This document shows, in pieces, positions 29,940-41,075 of a DNA stretch of 64,000 nucleotides. Each line of letters opens with the position of its first letter. Within the stretch, counting starts at the first letter, position 1. Both the position numbers and the translations under genes were made by a program. Source of the stretch: Ostreococcus lucimarinus (taxonomy: Eukaryota); assembly GCA_000092065.1 (NCBI GenBank), contig CP000594.1. One strand, 5' to 3'. The notes beneath the pieces were generated by a model that was given only the letters and a program-made list of their open reading frames with translations, was not told where the DNA came from and made no database searches.

Positions 29940-31433
29940 ATGCGCCCTGGCCGATCGTCGCTCAGCGGACAGAGTTTGAACGAAGAACACCGCGCGCGCG
30001 CTCACGCGCGAGGGAGGACGTCGCTCGGGATGTCGGCGTCGAACAAGCGCGCGTTCGTGTTCACGTGCCTGGGCCTCGGGTTGGTGTTCGCCGATCAAAA
30101 TTTGTTAGCGCCGAATTTGACCGCCATCGCGAACGATTTGAATCTGTCGCCGAATGAGCGGGACTATAAATTAGGCGGGCAGATCGCGTTCGCGTTCTTC
30201 TTGCTCGGCGCGCCGGCGGCGGTGTTGATCGGGTCGATGGCGGATTACTATCCGCGCACGAAGCTCTTCGCGTGGACGATGCTGTTGGGATCGTGCCCCA
30301 ACGTCCTGGCGTGGATGCCGGGGGTGACGACTTTTGGTCAGTTGTATTGGTTGCGCGCGCTGACGGGAATCGCGGTAGGCGGCGCGGCGCCGTTGACGTA
30401 CTCCTTAATGTCAGACTTATTTCCGCCGAGCGAGCGGACGAAGATGAGCGCGGTGACGGGGCTATCGATGACGCTCGGGATCGTCTGCGGGCAAGCGATC
30501 GCGGGATTTTTGGGGGAGTCGTACGGCTGGCGCTTGCCGTTCGCGGTGGTGGCGATTCCGGCGATATGCGTGGCCATGGTGCTGATGTTCTTTGTCGAGG
30601 AGCCCGAGCGCGGGGCGATGGAGGCGCCGCCGGACGAGGAGGCAAGTCTCGAGCAAGAGTCGCTCGTCATCCAATCGTCCTCACGACCCTCGACACCGCC
30701 GATACCACCGCGAGGGCTGCACTTCAGCGCGACCGCGGCGAAGATGTATGCGCGAAAGTTGCACGGCATCGTCTCCGTGCGCACCGTGGCGTTGTTCTTG
30801 GCGCAAGGCGTGTCGGGTTGCGTGCCGTGGAGTATGATCAACACGTTCTTCAACGATTACTTAGCGCAAGATAAGGGGTTAGGTGTGAAGCAGAGCACGT
30901 CGATGCTGATTTTATTCGCCGTCGGCGGCATGTTAGGGACGATTTGGGCCGGGTGGTACGGCCAAATTCTTTTCAACAACAAACCGGAGAACGTATCGAT
31001 TTTCATGGGATCGAGCGCAATCGTGGGGGTGTTCCCGGTGGCTTACTTGGTGTTGGCGAATTACGACAACTCCGCGTCCGACATCGCGATCAAGTCGATC
31101 TTATCCTTTATTTCGGGAGGCATCGCTTCGTGCGTCGGCGTGAACATTCGAGCGCTGTTGCTCAACGTCCTGCATCCCATGAATCGCGGCACCGCGTTTT
31201 CCCTCTTCATGCTCACCGACGATTTAGGCAAAGGATTCGGACCTCTCGTCGTCGCCGGCTTCGTCGCCGCGTTCGGTCGCGAGACGGCCTTTTTCATCTC
31301 GGTTTTGTTCTGGATTCCTTGCGGGTGTCTTCTCGCCGCCTCGTGCTACACGCTGAAACGAGATTTACAAACCGCCGCTGCGCGTTACCAAACAGAACGC
31401 GCCGAAGAAAATCGTTCGGTTCGATTGGATTAG
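29940..31433 (+). CDS. Major facilitator superfamily (MFS) transporter. The start may be the internal ATG at 30030 (MSASNKRAFVF...).
   Basis: Twelve predicted TM segments. MFS-like loop motif ADYYPRTKLFAWTMLLGS...LRALTGIAVGG. Confidence 0.75.
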   Translation: MRPGRSSLSGQSLNEEHRARAHARGRTSLGMSASNKRAFVFTCLGLGLVFADQNLLAPNLTAIANDLNLSPNERDYKLGGQIAFAFFLLGAPAAVLIGSMADYYPRTKLFAWTMLLGSCPNVLAWMPGVTTFGQLYWLRALTGIAVGGAAPLTYSLMSDLFPPSERTKMSAVTGLSMTLGIVCGQAIAGFLGESYGWRLPFAVVAIPAICVAMVLMFFVEEPERGAMEAPPDEEASLEQESLVIQSSSRPSTPPIPPRGLHFSATAAKMYARKLHGIVSVRTVALFLAQGVSGCVPWSMINTFFNDYLAQDKGLGVKQSTSMLILFAVGGMLGTIWAGWYGQILFNNKPENVSIFMGSSAIVGVFPVAYLVLANYDNSASDIAIKSILSFISGGIASCVGVNIRALLLNVLHPMNRGTAFSLFMLTDDLGKGFGPLVVAGFVAAFGRETAFFISVLFWIPCGCLLAASCYTLKRDLQTAAARYQTERAEENRSVRLD

Positions 31434-31509
31434 CCCTTCTTCGCGCCCGCTGTAGATTATCCCTCATTTCAATCCGACGCGCTCGCGTCACTAATCCCCT
31501 CGCCGCGCC

Positions 31510-32400
31510 ATGGCGCCCTTCAACCTGAAAACGATCAGCGTCACCCGCGCCCACCACGGCACCTTACATCGGCTCCAACACGACTCCGAAACCTTGAGCT
31601 CGGTCGCGACTTTCGCCGTGTTCGTTCCCGGCGCGGTCGAAGACTTCAAAGACAAATTCCCCCTCTTGTTGTACCTCTCCGGATTGACGTGCACGGACGA
31701 AAATGTGGCGCAGAAAGGGTGCGCGTTCGAGCACTGCCACGCGCGGCGCGTGGCCATGGTCATGCCGGACACGTCACCGCGAGGAGACGACGCGGCGGAC
31801 GACGAGGCGTGGGATTTAGGGAAGGGGGCTGGATTTTATGTAGACGCGTCGGCGGCGCCGTGGTCTCGACACTACAAAACGTACTCGTACGTCACGAAAG
31901 AGCTGCCGAAAGTGCTGCGGGCGTGCGATTTTGCCGATGCGTTGGATCACGAGCGAGTGTCGATCTCGGGGCACTCGATGGGGGGACACGGGGCGTTGAC
32001 GTTGGCGCTGAGAAATCCAAACGCGTACGCGAGCGCGAGCGCGTTCGCTCCGATTGCTAATCCGACGGCGTCGGATTGCCCGTGGGGACAAAAGGCGCTC
32101 AAGGCCTACCTTGGGAGCGCGGATTGCGATGAGGCGAAATCGCACGACGCGACGGAGCTCGTGAAGAGCGTCGAGGCGGGCACGTTTAAGATGCCGATTT
32201 TAATTGATCAAGGCGCGGCGGACTCCTTTTATAAGACGCAGTTGCACCCTGAGCGTTTCGTGGACGCGGCGAAAGAGCGTGGATGTGATGTCACGTATCG
32301 TCTGCACGATGGTTACGATCATAGCTACTTTTTTGTTTCCACGTTCATGCGCGAGCACATCGAGTTCCACGCCGCGGCGCTGGGAAGTCTTAAAATTTAA
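31510..32400 (+). CDS. FGH: S-formylglutathione hydrolase (esterase D / FrmB family).
   Basis: MAPFNLKTISVTRAHHGTLHRLQHDSETLSSVATFAVFVPG...LLYLSGLTCTDENVAQKGCAFEHC...ISGHSMGGHGALTLALRNPNAYASASAFAPIANP...LIDQGAADSFY...HDGYDHSYFFVSTFMREHIEFHA shows high identity to esterase D as recalled. ATG at 31510 checked. Confidence 0.9.
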   Translation: MAPFNLKTISVTRAHHGTLHRLQHDSETLSSVATFAVFVPGAVEDFKDKFPLLLYLSGLTCTDENVAQKGCAFEHCHARRVAMVMPDTSPRGDDAADDEAWDLGKGAGFYVDASAAPWSRHYKTYSYVTKELPKVLRACDFADALDHERVSISGHSMGGHGALTLALRNPNAYASASAFAPIANPTASDCPWGQKALKAYLGSADCDEAKSHDATELVKSVEAGTFKMPILIDQGAADSFYKTQLHPERFVDAAKERGCDVTYRLHDGYDHSYFFVSTFMREHIEFHAAALGSLKI

Positions 32401-32454
32401 TGACATTGATAATCGGTTGTGAAAGTAATTATACGGTTGAGAAGGACCGCTTGA

Positions 32455-33730
<1,276 letters not shown>

Positions 33731-33849
33731 TCAGTGGCGACGCGCGAACGCGAAGGGGACGTTTTTCGCGACGACGATTCGACGACGACGGCGCGGGAAA
33801 CGACGAGGCGTCGCGACGGACGGCGCGCGGAGTTACAAGCGAGCGTCCG

Positions 33850-34077
33850 CTACGGCTTGGCGCTCGCGAGGGGGGCGACGTACTGCGTGGACTGCTGAAA
33901 CGCCTCGATCTCGCGGTGAATCGCGTCGACGGCGTCGGGCTGGACGAGGACGCGACGCGCGTCGAGGTCGACGACGACGAACTTGCGCTCCGCGGGCGCG
34001 ACGTCGTTGAGGTGGAGGATGTACTGCTTGATGGGGACGTCGGCGGTGATCATGACGCCGTGGACGGCGGAGACCAT
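33850..34077 (-). CDS. TFB5: TFIIH subunit TFB5 / p8 (GTF2H5, TTD-A) homolog (75 aa).
   Basis: MVSAVHGVMITADVPIKQYILHLNDVAPAERKFVVVDLDARRVLVQPDAVDAIHREIEAFQQ aligns along its length with human p8 ([63 protein letters not shown]), from memory. Confidence 0.65.
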   Translation of the reverse strand: MVSAVHGVMITADVPIKQYILHLNDVAPAERKFVVVDLDARRVLVQPDAVDAIHREIEAFQQSTQYVAPLASAKP

Positions 34078-34191
34078 GGCGCGCGCGAGGCGCGGTCTGC
34101 GGGTCGCGGCGACGACGCGCGCGGCGAAGGGAGAAATGGGCTAAAACGAGGGCTAAAACGAAGACCGATGGCGAGGTCGGTGATGGCTAAA

Positions 34192-35148
34192 TCATGGCGC
34201 GCCGTAGAGCCGCGCCCACGGTGGACGCGGGGCGTGGACGTCGACGCGGAGGTTGGATTTGGGGTGGCGAAACGCGACGCGCTCGGCGTGGAGCAACGCG
34301 CCGGCGACGCGACGCGCGGAGAAAGGCGCGTCGATCGGTCCGTCGCGAGTCGCGGCGATCGGTCCGCCGTATCTCACGTCGCCGACGAGCGGAAGTCCGA
34401 GCGACGCGCAGTGAAGTCTGATCTGGTGCGTGCGACCGGTGAGCGGGGAGCAACGCGCCAACGCGACGCGGTGTCGTCGGCGGTCGGCGTCGTCGGCGGT
34501 CGGCGGTTCGCAAAATCGCAGCGCCACGCCGTCGGTGATCACGCGCTCGACGATGATCGTGGTTTCGGCGTGCTTGACCTTGACCTTTTTGTTCCCGGGA
34601 AGCGCGCGGCCGATGTCCGCGGCGTCGTAGAGACGGAAGAGGCCGTATTTCGCGCGGCCCCAACCCGTGAATACTCTGCGATGATCTTCAACGCCGTCGT
34701 AATCCGCCGTCGCCGCGCACAGCGCGACGTACGTCTTCTGCACCGTGCCGTCGGCGAATTGCGCCGACAAGCTGCGAATGGCGTCTCGATTTCGCGCGAC
34801 GACGAGACATCCGGAGGTGTCGCGGTCGAGTCTGTGAACGACGCGCGCCGACTCCGAGGCGTTGAACGGCACGTCCCGCGTCGTCGCGCGGTTATCGACC
34901 GTGGTCGCATCATCGCATTTCACCATGCCTCGCTCGACGAGGCGTTCTATATCGTGCACGTACGTCTGCGCAGGCTTGTTCAGGACGTAGACGTCGTCGT
35001 CGACGTACACCGCGAGCAACGGGACGCCGGCGGCTGCGTCCGCTCTCGCCGCGCGTTCGCACGACTCCGCGCGCTCGCCCTCGATCGCGCGCGCTGCATC
35101 ACTCGGCGGCCCAGGACGGAGCGTCGGTTTGGGATATTCGGTCGACAT
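34192..35148 (-). CDS. RluA-family pseudouridine synthase.
   Basis: VHRLDRDTSGCLVVARN (HRLD catalytic motif)...PLTGRTHQIRLHCASLGLPLVGDVRYGG. The ORF-track start (35235) is 10 bp from the GST stop. I moved the start to ATG 35148 (MSTEYPKP...). Confidence 0.75.
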   Translation of the reverse strand: MSTEYPKPTLRPGPPSDAARAIEGERAESCERAARADAAAGVPLLAVYVDDDVYVLNKPAQTYVHDIERLVERGMVKCDDATTVDNRATTRDVPFNASESARVVHRLDRDTSGCLVVARNRDAIRSLSAQFADGTVQKTYVALCAATADYDGVEDHRRVFTGWGRAKYGLFRLYDAADIGRALPGNKKVKVKHAETTIIVERVITDGVALRFCEPPTADDADRRRHRVALARCSPLTGRTHQIRLHCASLGLPLVGDVRYGGPIAATRDGPIDAPFSARRVAGALLHAERVAFRHPKSNLRVDVHAPRPPWARLYGAP

Positions 35149-35245
35149 CTCGCCGCGAGGCGATAAATGATGAGACGCAGGGCGAAACCTCGAGCGTCCA
35201 GCGTCGCAAACTTTTGCGACGCGAATGACGCTCACCCCATTTTAC

Positions 35246-36223
35246 CTACGGTACAGCACAGTGACGACCGCCGATATACGCATACGTCGGTCTTTCATAA
35301 CGTGGAATCCGCGTCGCACTCTTGAGGTAGCGATCGATCGGCGGTTCGCGAGCGACGGCGGTTAAGAATTCACCACACCGCGGCAAATTCAGACGCGTCG
35401 CGAAATCGGGCACTAAATCCTCCTCCGCGAGCTCGAACAGCGTTTCGAATAAAGCTAAATCGACATACGTCAACGACTCGCCGACGAGCCGCGAATTTCC
35501 GTTACGCTCTAGGATTTCCTCGAACACGCGCAGCGCCTGCCGCGAACGCGCCGGCACCGATAAATTATTCACGCGATGCGTCTCTTGAAACCTCGCGCAC
35601 TCAGCGTCTTCGCGTCTTTCAATGCTCTCTTTCAATGCCCTCGCGCTGTACAGCTGTCCATCGTGCGTCAATCCGCCGTTGCGAATAGTGTGCCAATATT
35701 GCATAAAGAGTTCGTCGACGCGCGCGCGCTCATACTCGTTCGCGCCGTCCAAACTCAACTCTCGCCCCAGGTATCTGATTATCGCCGTTTCGTGGGAAAC
35801 GTCGTTCGCACACCCATCGATGTCTACCAAACTCGGCGTCTTCCCGAACGGCGTCTTCGGTTTCACTTTCGGCCACGCGAGGTAGCCGACGACTTCGACC
35901 GCGTGCGGCGCTCGCGCGAGTTCGAGCATCATCCGAATTACCTCGGCGCGATTCCGCATCGGCATGTACTGCAGCCAATATTTCGCAGCCTTCGCGCCGT
36001 CGCCGTCGCAGTGGCGGTACATCACCGCGTGGACGTCCGTGCTCCATAAATCTTTCGACGCGAAGAGTTGCTTTTTCAACGCCTCGGGCGTGATTTCCGC
36101 GAGCGTTTCGTCGCGTTTCGCGCGCGCGGCGACGCGTCGCGCGCGCGCGCGCGTCACAGTCGCGCGCGGTCTCGTCGCGCGCCGCGCCGCGCGCGGCGTC
36201 GGCGCGGGTCGCGCCGCGAGCAT
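35246..36223 (-). CDS. GST: Glutathione S-transferase (sigma/alpha-like fold) with a presequence-like N-terminus.
   Basis: GST N-domain features (AKYWLQYMPMRNRAEVIRMMLELA; ETAIIRYLGRE). C-domain features (LTYVDLALFETLFEL). The start may be further downstream. Confidence 0.6.
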   Translation of the reverse strand: MLAARPAPTPRAARRATRPRATVTRARARRVAARAKRDETLAEITPEALKKQLFASKDLWSTDVHAVMYRHCDGDGAKAAKYWLQYMPMRNRAEVIRMMLELARAPHAVEVVGYLAWPKVKPKTPFGKTPSLVDIDGCANDVSHETAIIRYLGRELSLDGANEYERARVDELFMQYWHTIRNGGLTHDGQLYSARALKESIERREDAECARFQETHRVNNLSVPARSRQALRVFEEILERNGNSRLVGESLTYVDLALFETLFELAEEDLVPDFATRLNLPRCGEFLTAVAREPPIDRYLKSATRIPRYERPTYAYIGGRHCAVP

Positions 36224-36281
36224 CGTTTTAAAGATGATTTCAGGAGAAACAGGATGATAAAGTGATATTACAGCGCGCGCG

Positions 36282-37991
36282 CTACGAGGACGCGAGACGC
36301 TTGGGAGAGACGTCGACCGCCACGGCGTCGACGAACGCCACGCGATCGTCGTCGATGACCTCTAAGTCGGGTGCGAGTAACTGCACGTAACGGTCAAAGT
36401 AAATCAGTTGTTTGATCAAGATGCCGAACGCTTTGGGGAGTTTGATTTTGTTCTCCTCGGCGGCGACGATCAAGTCGGAGGCCAACTGCGTCACTTGCTG
36501 TTGGTCGACGGTCACGGCGGCGCGAGGGGTGCCGTCGAAGGTGTCTTCATCGACAAGAACAGTCGGTTCGATGGAATCTAAGGTTTCGTAGACTTTGCGT
36601 AAATCATTAGCGAATTTCTTGACGTCGACTTCGCCGTCGGTGGCCCCCATCGTCACCAGCGCGAGCGCCATGCGCTCGTAATCGCGCGCGGCGGTGGATT
36701 GGAAAAAAGCTTGCACCGCGCCCCAAATTGACGGGGAAATTTTGCCGACGATGCCGAAGTCGATGAAACCAACGCGCCCGTCCGGACAAACGATCAGATT
36801 ACCCGCGTGCACGTCGGCGTGAAAACTCTCGCACGCCAGCACGCTGCCAAACCAAACGTTGAGCGCGTTGATGAGCGTCGCCTCGGGATCGCGCGTGCTC
36901 ACCGAACGAATCGCCTCCAAGTCCGTGAGCGGGACGCCAGAGAAGTACTCCATCACCATCACTCGTTTACCACTAAATTGTTTGTACACTTGCGGCGCCT
37001 TGGCGATGTTCGTCAGTTCCGCGTCTTCAAGGTATCGTCGAAAAGCGTCGACGTTTTGCGCCTCCTTTCTAAAATCCGTCTCCTCCAACATCGACTCTCG
37101 AATGTCTCCGACGATGTCCACCAACGATGTTCGCGAGAGTTCAGGATTCAAAAACTGTAACACCTTGCTCACGATTAACACAAAGCTCAAATCCGCCTTG
37201 AGCGTGTCCTCGACGTTCGGTTTCAGCACCTTGACGACGACGTCTCGCCCGCTTCCGAGCAGCGTCGCTCGATGCACCTGCGCCACGCTCGCGCTCGCCA
37301 AAGGCACCGGATCGATCGTCGCGAACACATCATCTATAGAACGTCCCAAGTCTTTCTCGATCGTCCGCTTAATGATGGAAAAATCCGTCACCTCGGTCGC
37401 GTCCAGGCACTTTTGAAACTCCTCCACGTACTCCTTCGGAAACACGCTCGGCGCGCTCGCGATGAACTGTCCCAATTTCACGTACGTCGCCCCCAGCGCC
37501 TCAAACGTCCGTCGCACGATCACCGGCGCCGTCGGCGGGTTCTCCATCGACAACTCCCCGAAAGATCTCACCGCCAGCGCCGCGAGCGACTCCACCGCGT
37601 TCAGCGTCCTCGCCACGCCCGGCGTCCCCGCGCCCGCCGCGATGCCCGCGATTTCGCTCATCAGCACCCTCGCCTCATCCGCCCTTCGCAACGCCTCCCG
37701 CGCGTCGAACGTCGCGCTCGCGCTCGCGAACGGGTTCGCCTCGAACGCGTTCCCGTCGTCGCGCGCGCCGGTCTCCCCCGGGATCGACCGCGAGCGCGCG
37801 CGGCGCGTCACGATGCGTTTCGACGTCATCGCGTTCGCGCGCGTTTTCGACGTCATCGCGTTCGCGCCTCGTCGCCGCGCATCGCGCGACGCCGACGCGT
37901 CCGCAACGCGCGCGATGTGCGCGCGCATGCTCGCGCGCGGGTTCGATCGTCGCACGCGCCGCGCGTCGCCGAGTGCGGCGCGCGTCTTCAT
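36282..37991 (-). CDS. ABC1/UbiB-family atypical kinase (ADCK / ABC1K).
   Basis: ATYVKLGQFIASAPSVFPKEYVEEFQKCLDA...IDPVPLASASVAQVHRATL...VVVKVLKPNVE...VMVMEYFSGVPLTD...FHADVHAGNLIV...VGFIDFGIVG, the canonical ABC1 kinase motifs. Confidence 0.85.
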   Translation of the reverse strand: MKTRAALGDARRVRRSNPRASMRAHIARVADASASRDARRRGANAMTSKTRANAMTSKRIVTRRARSRSIPGETGARDDGNAFEANPFASASATFDAREALRRADEARVLMSEIAGIAAGAGTPGVARTLNAVESLAALAVRSFGELSMENPPTAPVIVRRTFEALGATYVKLGQFIASAPSVFPKEYVEEFQKCLDATEVTDFSIIKRTIEKDLGRSIDDVFATIDPVPLASASVAQVHRATLLGSGRDVVVKVLKPNVEDTLKADLSFVLIVSKVLQFLNPELSRTSLVDIVGDIRESMLEETDFRKEAQNVDAFRRYLEDAELTNIAKAPQVYKQFSGKRVMVMEYFSGVPLTDLEAIRSVSTRDPEATLINALNVWFGSVLACESFHADVHAGNLIVCPDGRVGFIDFGIVGKISPSIWGAVQAFFQSTAARDYERMALALVTMGATDGEVDVKKFANDLRKVYETLDSIEPTVLVDEDTFDGTPRAAVTVDQQQVTQLASDLIVAAEENKIKLPKAFGILIKQLIYFDRYVQLLAPDLEVIDDDRVAFVDAVAVDVSPKRLASS

Positions 37992-38062
37992 CGCGTCAAA
38001 ACGCAGCGCGACGAGCGACCTCGTCGCACGCGCGCGCGCACGCCGCGTCGGAAGCGACTCGA

Positions 38063-38299
38063 ATGGCGTGGACGAACTTCATCATCACCGCCACGGGCCT
38101 GATCGCCGTCGCGTCGCTGATGCGCACGGACGTGCGACAATCGTCACGAATGTTGAGACAGAATTTAAAAACCATTCGACGCTGGGTCGAGGACGGCGCC
38201 GAGGCGACGGCGAAGACGAGCGAAAAAACCCTCGGGGACACCGCGGTCGGGAAAGCGATGAAAGAGATGCGCGACGAGGCGATGAAGAAGAAGGATTGA
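38063..38299 (+). CDS. Hypothetical small single-TM protein (78 aa).
   Basis: MAWTNFIITATGLIAVASLM... then a charged tail. The ORF-track start at 37973 would overlap the ABC1K start, so I used the internal ATG 38063. No family recognised. Confidence 0.3.
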   Translation: MAWTNFIITATGLIAVASLMRTDVRQSSRMLRQNLKTIRRWVEDGAEATAKTSEKTLGDTAVGKAMKEMRDEAMKKKD

Positions 38300-38453
38300 G
38301 GACGAGGTTGAAAGGCTTTTTGAGATTGGCGCAGACGCGGCGAGGTCGACGTCGAACGAGGGAGAGGTTTGCGTCGATCGATACGCTAGGCGGAAGTGCG
38401 GTCGAACTGCGTTCGGTTGGAGGGCGACGCGCGGAGGGGCGATCGAGGACGAG

Positions 38454-39668
38454 ATGAGTTCGCCGTTCGGGGCGAGGATCGAGACGCCGGCGTTGAGCGG
38501 GAAGTCGGCCAAAGCGATGCGGAACGCGAGCGCGGCGTGGGGTTGGACGTGTGTGCTCGTGTTGATGTACGAGGCGCTGGTGCGAGGGATCGATGAACGG
38601 CGCGTGCACATGCTGAACGTGTATTATCAAGCGCCGACGGTGGCGACGCTGGCGTGTTTGATGTGGGCGCACAACTTGCGAGTGTGGCACCGGTTGCGAT
38701 TGACGCCTTCACCGTTGATTTGTTTTGGGGTTGAGCAAAACGAGTCGGTGACGTTTGAGCACGTGTATCGATTGGCGCACGCGAGCGCGTTAGCTCTCTT
38801 GACCTCGGCGGTTTTGTTTCTATACGCGTACGACGTGGACGAACCGTTCGCCGCGACGACGATTTTGTTGGCGACGTATTTCGTTCCAATACTCGTCGCC
38901 ATGTGGCCAAATAGAACGAAAGGGCTTGGAGAATTACGGTCGTATACGCGACGGTTGCTTTATAACTGCTTCACTCCCTTGGTGCGGCCGGTCGGGTTCG
39001 CTGATTTCTTCTTCGCCGACATCTTGTGTTCGTTGGCGAAATCTTTGAGCGATTTAGAACGCGTTGTTTGCAGCGTGCGACACCGCGTGATGCTCATACA
39101 CACCGCCGCGGGTAAGTGCGGTGATAGAAGTATCATGATTCCCGTCGTGCTCATCATACCGTCCGCGATTCGACTGCTGCAGTGTCTGAGGCAGTTTGCC
39201 GACACGCGCGAGCCAAAGTGTCTGTACAACGCATTCAAGTACACGAGCGCGTTCCCGGTCATCATCATCTCCGGATTCCGGCACTTCATCGATCACGACG
39301 ATTGGGTCTTCTTTTGGCGTCCGCTTTGGATCGGGTTTTGCGTGTTCAACACGTGTTTTAGCTTTTACTGGGACATCAAGCACGACTGGGGGCTGTCGTT
39401 GCTCGGCGGCGGCGCGCCTCGGCGACCCGGCGAGAAATTTCCGTTTGGATTGCGCGAGCGTCGCATTTACGGCGCACCCAAGGTGTATTATCGGGCAATT
39501 TGGTTGAATTTCTTCTTGCGGATAAGTTGGACCTACAAGCTCGCGTCGCACTTGCGACATCATAGCGCCGTGCTCTGGCTCGTTACCGCCGCTGAAATCA
39601 CGCGACGATTTCAATGGTCGTTGTTCCGCGTCGAGGTGGAATATTTGAGACGATTGCAGCACGCGTAA
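38454..39668 (+). CDS. EXS-domain membrane protein (ERD1/XPR1/SYG1 family).
   Basis: C-terminal EXS signature KCLYNAFKYTSAFPVIIISGFRHF...WRPLWIGFCVFNTCFSFYWDIKHDWGL...YYRAIWLNFFLRISWTYKL. Multiple TM helices. Confidence 0.8.
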   Translation: MSSPFGARIETPALSGKSAKAMRNASAAWGWTCVLVLMYEALVRGIDERRVHMLNVYYQAPTVATLACLMWAHNLRVWHRLRLTPSPLICFGVEQNESVTFEHVYRLAHASALALLTSAVLFLYAYDVDEPFAATTILLATYFVPILVAMWPNRTKGLGELRSYTRRLLYNCFTPLVRPVGFADFFFADILCSLAKSLSDLERVVCSVRHRVMLIHTAAGKCGDRSIMIPVVLIIPSAIRLLQCLRQFADTREPKCLYNAFKYTSAFPVIIISGFRHFIDHDDWVFFWRPLWIGFCVFNTCFSFYWDIKHDWGLSLLGGGAPRRPGEKFPFGLRERRIYGAPKVYYRAIWLNFFLRISWTYKLASHLRHHSAVLWLVTAAEITRRFQWSLFRVEVEYLRRLQHA

Positions 39669-39737
39669 ATAGCATTCTAGTACCGATATAGGTTATTATC
39701 ACAACATCACGACTCTCTATCGATCCGTAAACACCCG

Positions 39738-40503
39738 CTATTTCGCGTGCGCGGTGAGCCATTTCAGGCACACGTCGATGTTTGTGGAATTCTTGCAACT
39801 CACGTTGTAGCAGCACACCTCCCTCCCGGTCGCGCGTTTCAGCTCCATCGCCTCCACCACGTCCTGCACGCGCACCGCGCTCTCTAAATCGCTCTTATTC
39901 CCGAGCACCAACAACGGAATCTCCCGCAGCGTCTCCCTCTTGAGCAACCCGTGCAGCTCGTTCCTCGCCGTCTCAAACAATTCCTTCGCCGCCGCATCCA
40001 CGACGTACACCACGCAATCCACGCCTCGACAGTACCGTTCCCACGTTCCCCGAAACCGTTCCTGTCCACCGAGATCCCACGTCTTCACGCTCACCCCATC
40101 CCTACGCAGTCTCCGCACGTTGAATCCCACCGTCGGAATCATATCCTCCTCAAACGTCCCGCCGCTCAGCGCGTCGATGAACGACGTCTTCCCGGCGTTC
40201 TGCAGCCCTGCGCGCGCGCGTTCGCGAAACGTCTTCGTCAGTCCCCGCGCGCGCGTCCCCGCGCCGTCCTCGCGCGCGATCGAATTCGTTTCGTCGCGAT
40301 TCAAATCAAAGTCCGACGCAACCGCCATCTTAAATCGCTCTCGCGCGCGCCGCGTCTCGCGCGCCGCGTCTCGCGCGTCGCCTCGCGTCGTCGTCGGCGT
40401 CGCTCGACGCACCGATCACGACGATCTCCATCTCGCGTCCGAAGAACAGCGCGCGCAACCACGCGACGAAGGCGTCCCAGTACGAGCGCGCGTCGTCGCC
40501 CAT
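39738..40503 (-). CDS. ARL8: ARF-like small GTPase ARL8. Two exons: 40503..40413 and 40207..39738, with a 205-nt intron 40412..40208. 186 aa.
   Basis: Exon 1 encodes MGDDARSYWDAFVAWLRALFFGREMEIVVI+G with donor GTGCGT. Exon 2 encodes (G)LQNAGKTSFIDALSGGTFEEDMIPTVGFNVRRLRRDGVSVKTWDLGGQERFRGTWERYCRGVDCVVYVVDAAA...LGNKSDL...CCYNVSCKNSTNIDVCLKWLTAHAK. It matches human ARL8 end to end and the length is identical (186 aa). Branch GGGGACTGACGAAGA. 3' splice site GCAG. Confidence 0.85.
40208..40412 (-). other. Spliceosomal intron of ARL8 (GTGCGT...GGACTGACGAAGA...GCGCAG). It exemplifies the window-wide intron signature.
   Basis: Removing it restores a 186-aa ARL8 identical in length to human ARL8. 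The other introns I mapped are 10590-10931 (RPL5), 12855-13163 (RPL27a), 33460-33556 (ADH3), 40721-40791 (Pcc1), 45358-45528 (MYB), 47820-48207 (ARID) and 50176-50280 (Tudor-SN). Confidence 0.8.
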
Positions 40504-40682
40504 CGCGCGTCGAGGTGTGAGGGGGACGACCGCGCGGCATCGCGAGACATTACGCGCCGCGCCGACGCGCGTGCATGGATCCCGCGAGACCGTTTTCGAC
40601 GTGCGTGAGAGAAACTCGCGCGACGCGCGCGATGCGACGTCGCGCGCGACGCGGCGGCGCGGGCGCGCGACGCGGCGGCGCG

Positions 40683-41047
40683 ATGGATGACGATCGATTT
40701 GAGATTTCGCGAGCTGTCGAGTGATTAAAAATAAAACGACGACGCGAAGACGCGGACGCGCGACTGACGAGGGCGAGGGCGAGGCGAACAGGACGGTGGT
40801 CGTGCCGCTCGAGGACGAGAGACGCGCGAGGGCCGTGGGAGGGGCGCTCGGGGTGGATAAGGAGTTGCAACCGAGGGTGGTGCGAAAGACGGTGACGACG
40901 CGCGAGAGGGAGAACGGGGACGGTTGGGAGGTCGTCGCGACGTTCGAGGCGAGCGAGTTGAAGGCGCTGAGGAGTGCGGTGAGTGGGTATTACGATTTGT
41001 TGACGGTGAGCGTGCGGACGGTGGAGGCGTTCGAGGAGGAGATTTGA
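40683..41047 (+). CDS. PCC1: KEOPS/EKC complex subunit Pcc1 (LAGE3-like), about 97 aa. Proposed exons 40683..40720 and 40792..41047.
   Basis: VVVPLEDERRARAVGGALGVDKELQPRVVRKTVTTRERENGDGWEVVATFEASELKALRSAVSGYYDLLTVSVRTVEAFE parallels LAGE3/Pcc1 (LSVPFPTPLEAEIAHGSLAPDAEPHQRVVGKDLTVSGRILVVRWKAEDCRLLRISVINFLDQLSLVVRTMQRF). An upstream in-frame stop and the lack of an ATG imply a short first exon (MDDDRFEISRAV + GA) with a weak donor GTGATT. Branch ACTGAC at 40763-40768. 3' splice site ACAG. Exon 1 is tentative. Confidence 0.5.
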
Positions 41048-41075
41048 ATCGGCGGTACGGGCGAGAACGGGCGAG

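Noticed and set aside
33916-35166. 416-aa plus-strand ORF
   Set aside because: Runs antisense across TFB5 and the RluA pseudouridine synthase, both of which have clear family signatures on the minus strand.
40208-40412. Introns as copies of a repeated 'introner' transposable element
   Set aside because: Apart from the shared splice signals (GTGCG, ACTGACG) and general CGCG richness, I could not see extended sequence identity among the eight introns by eye. The ARL8 and MYB introns share only short strings (GATTTGA, ACTGACGAAGA). A proper alignment would be needed. I did not assert it.
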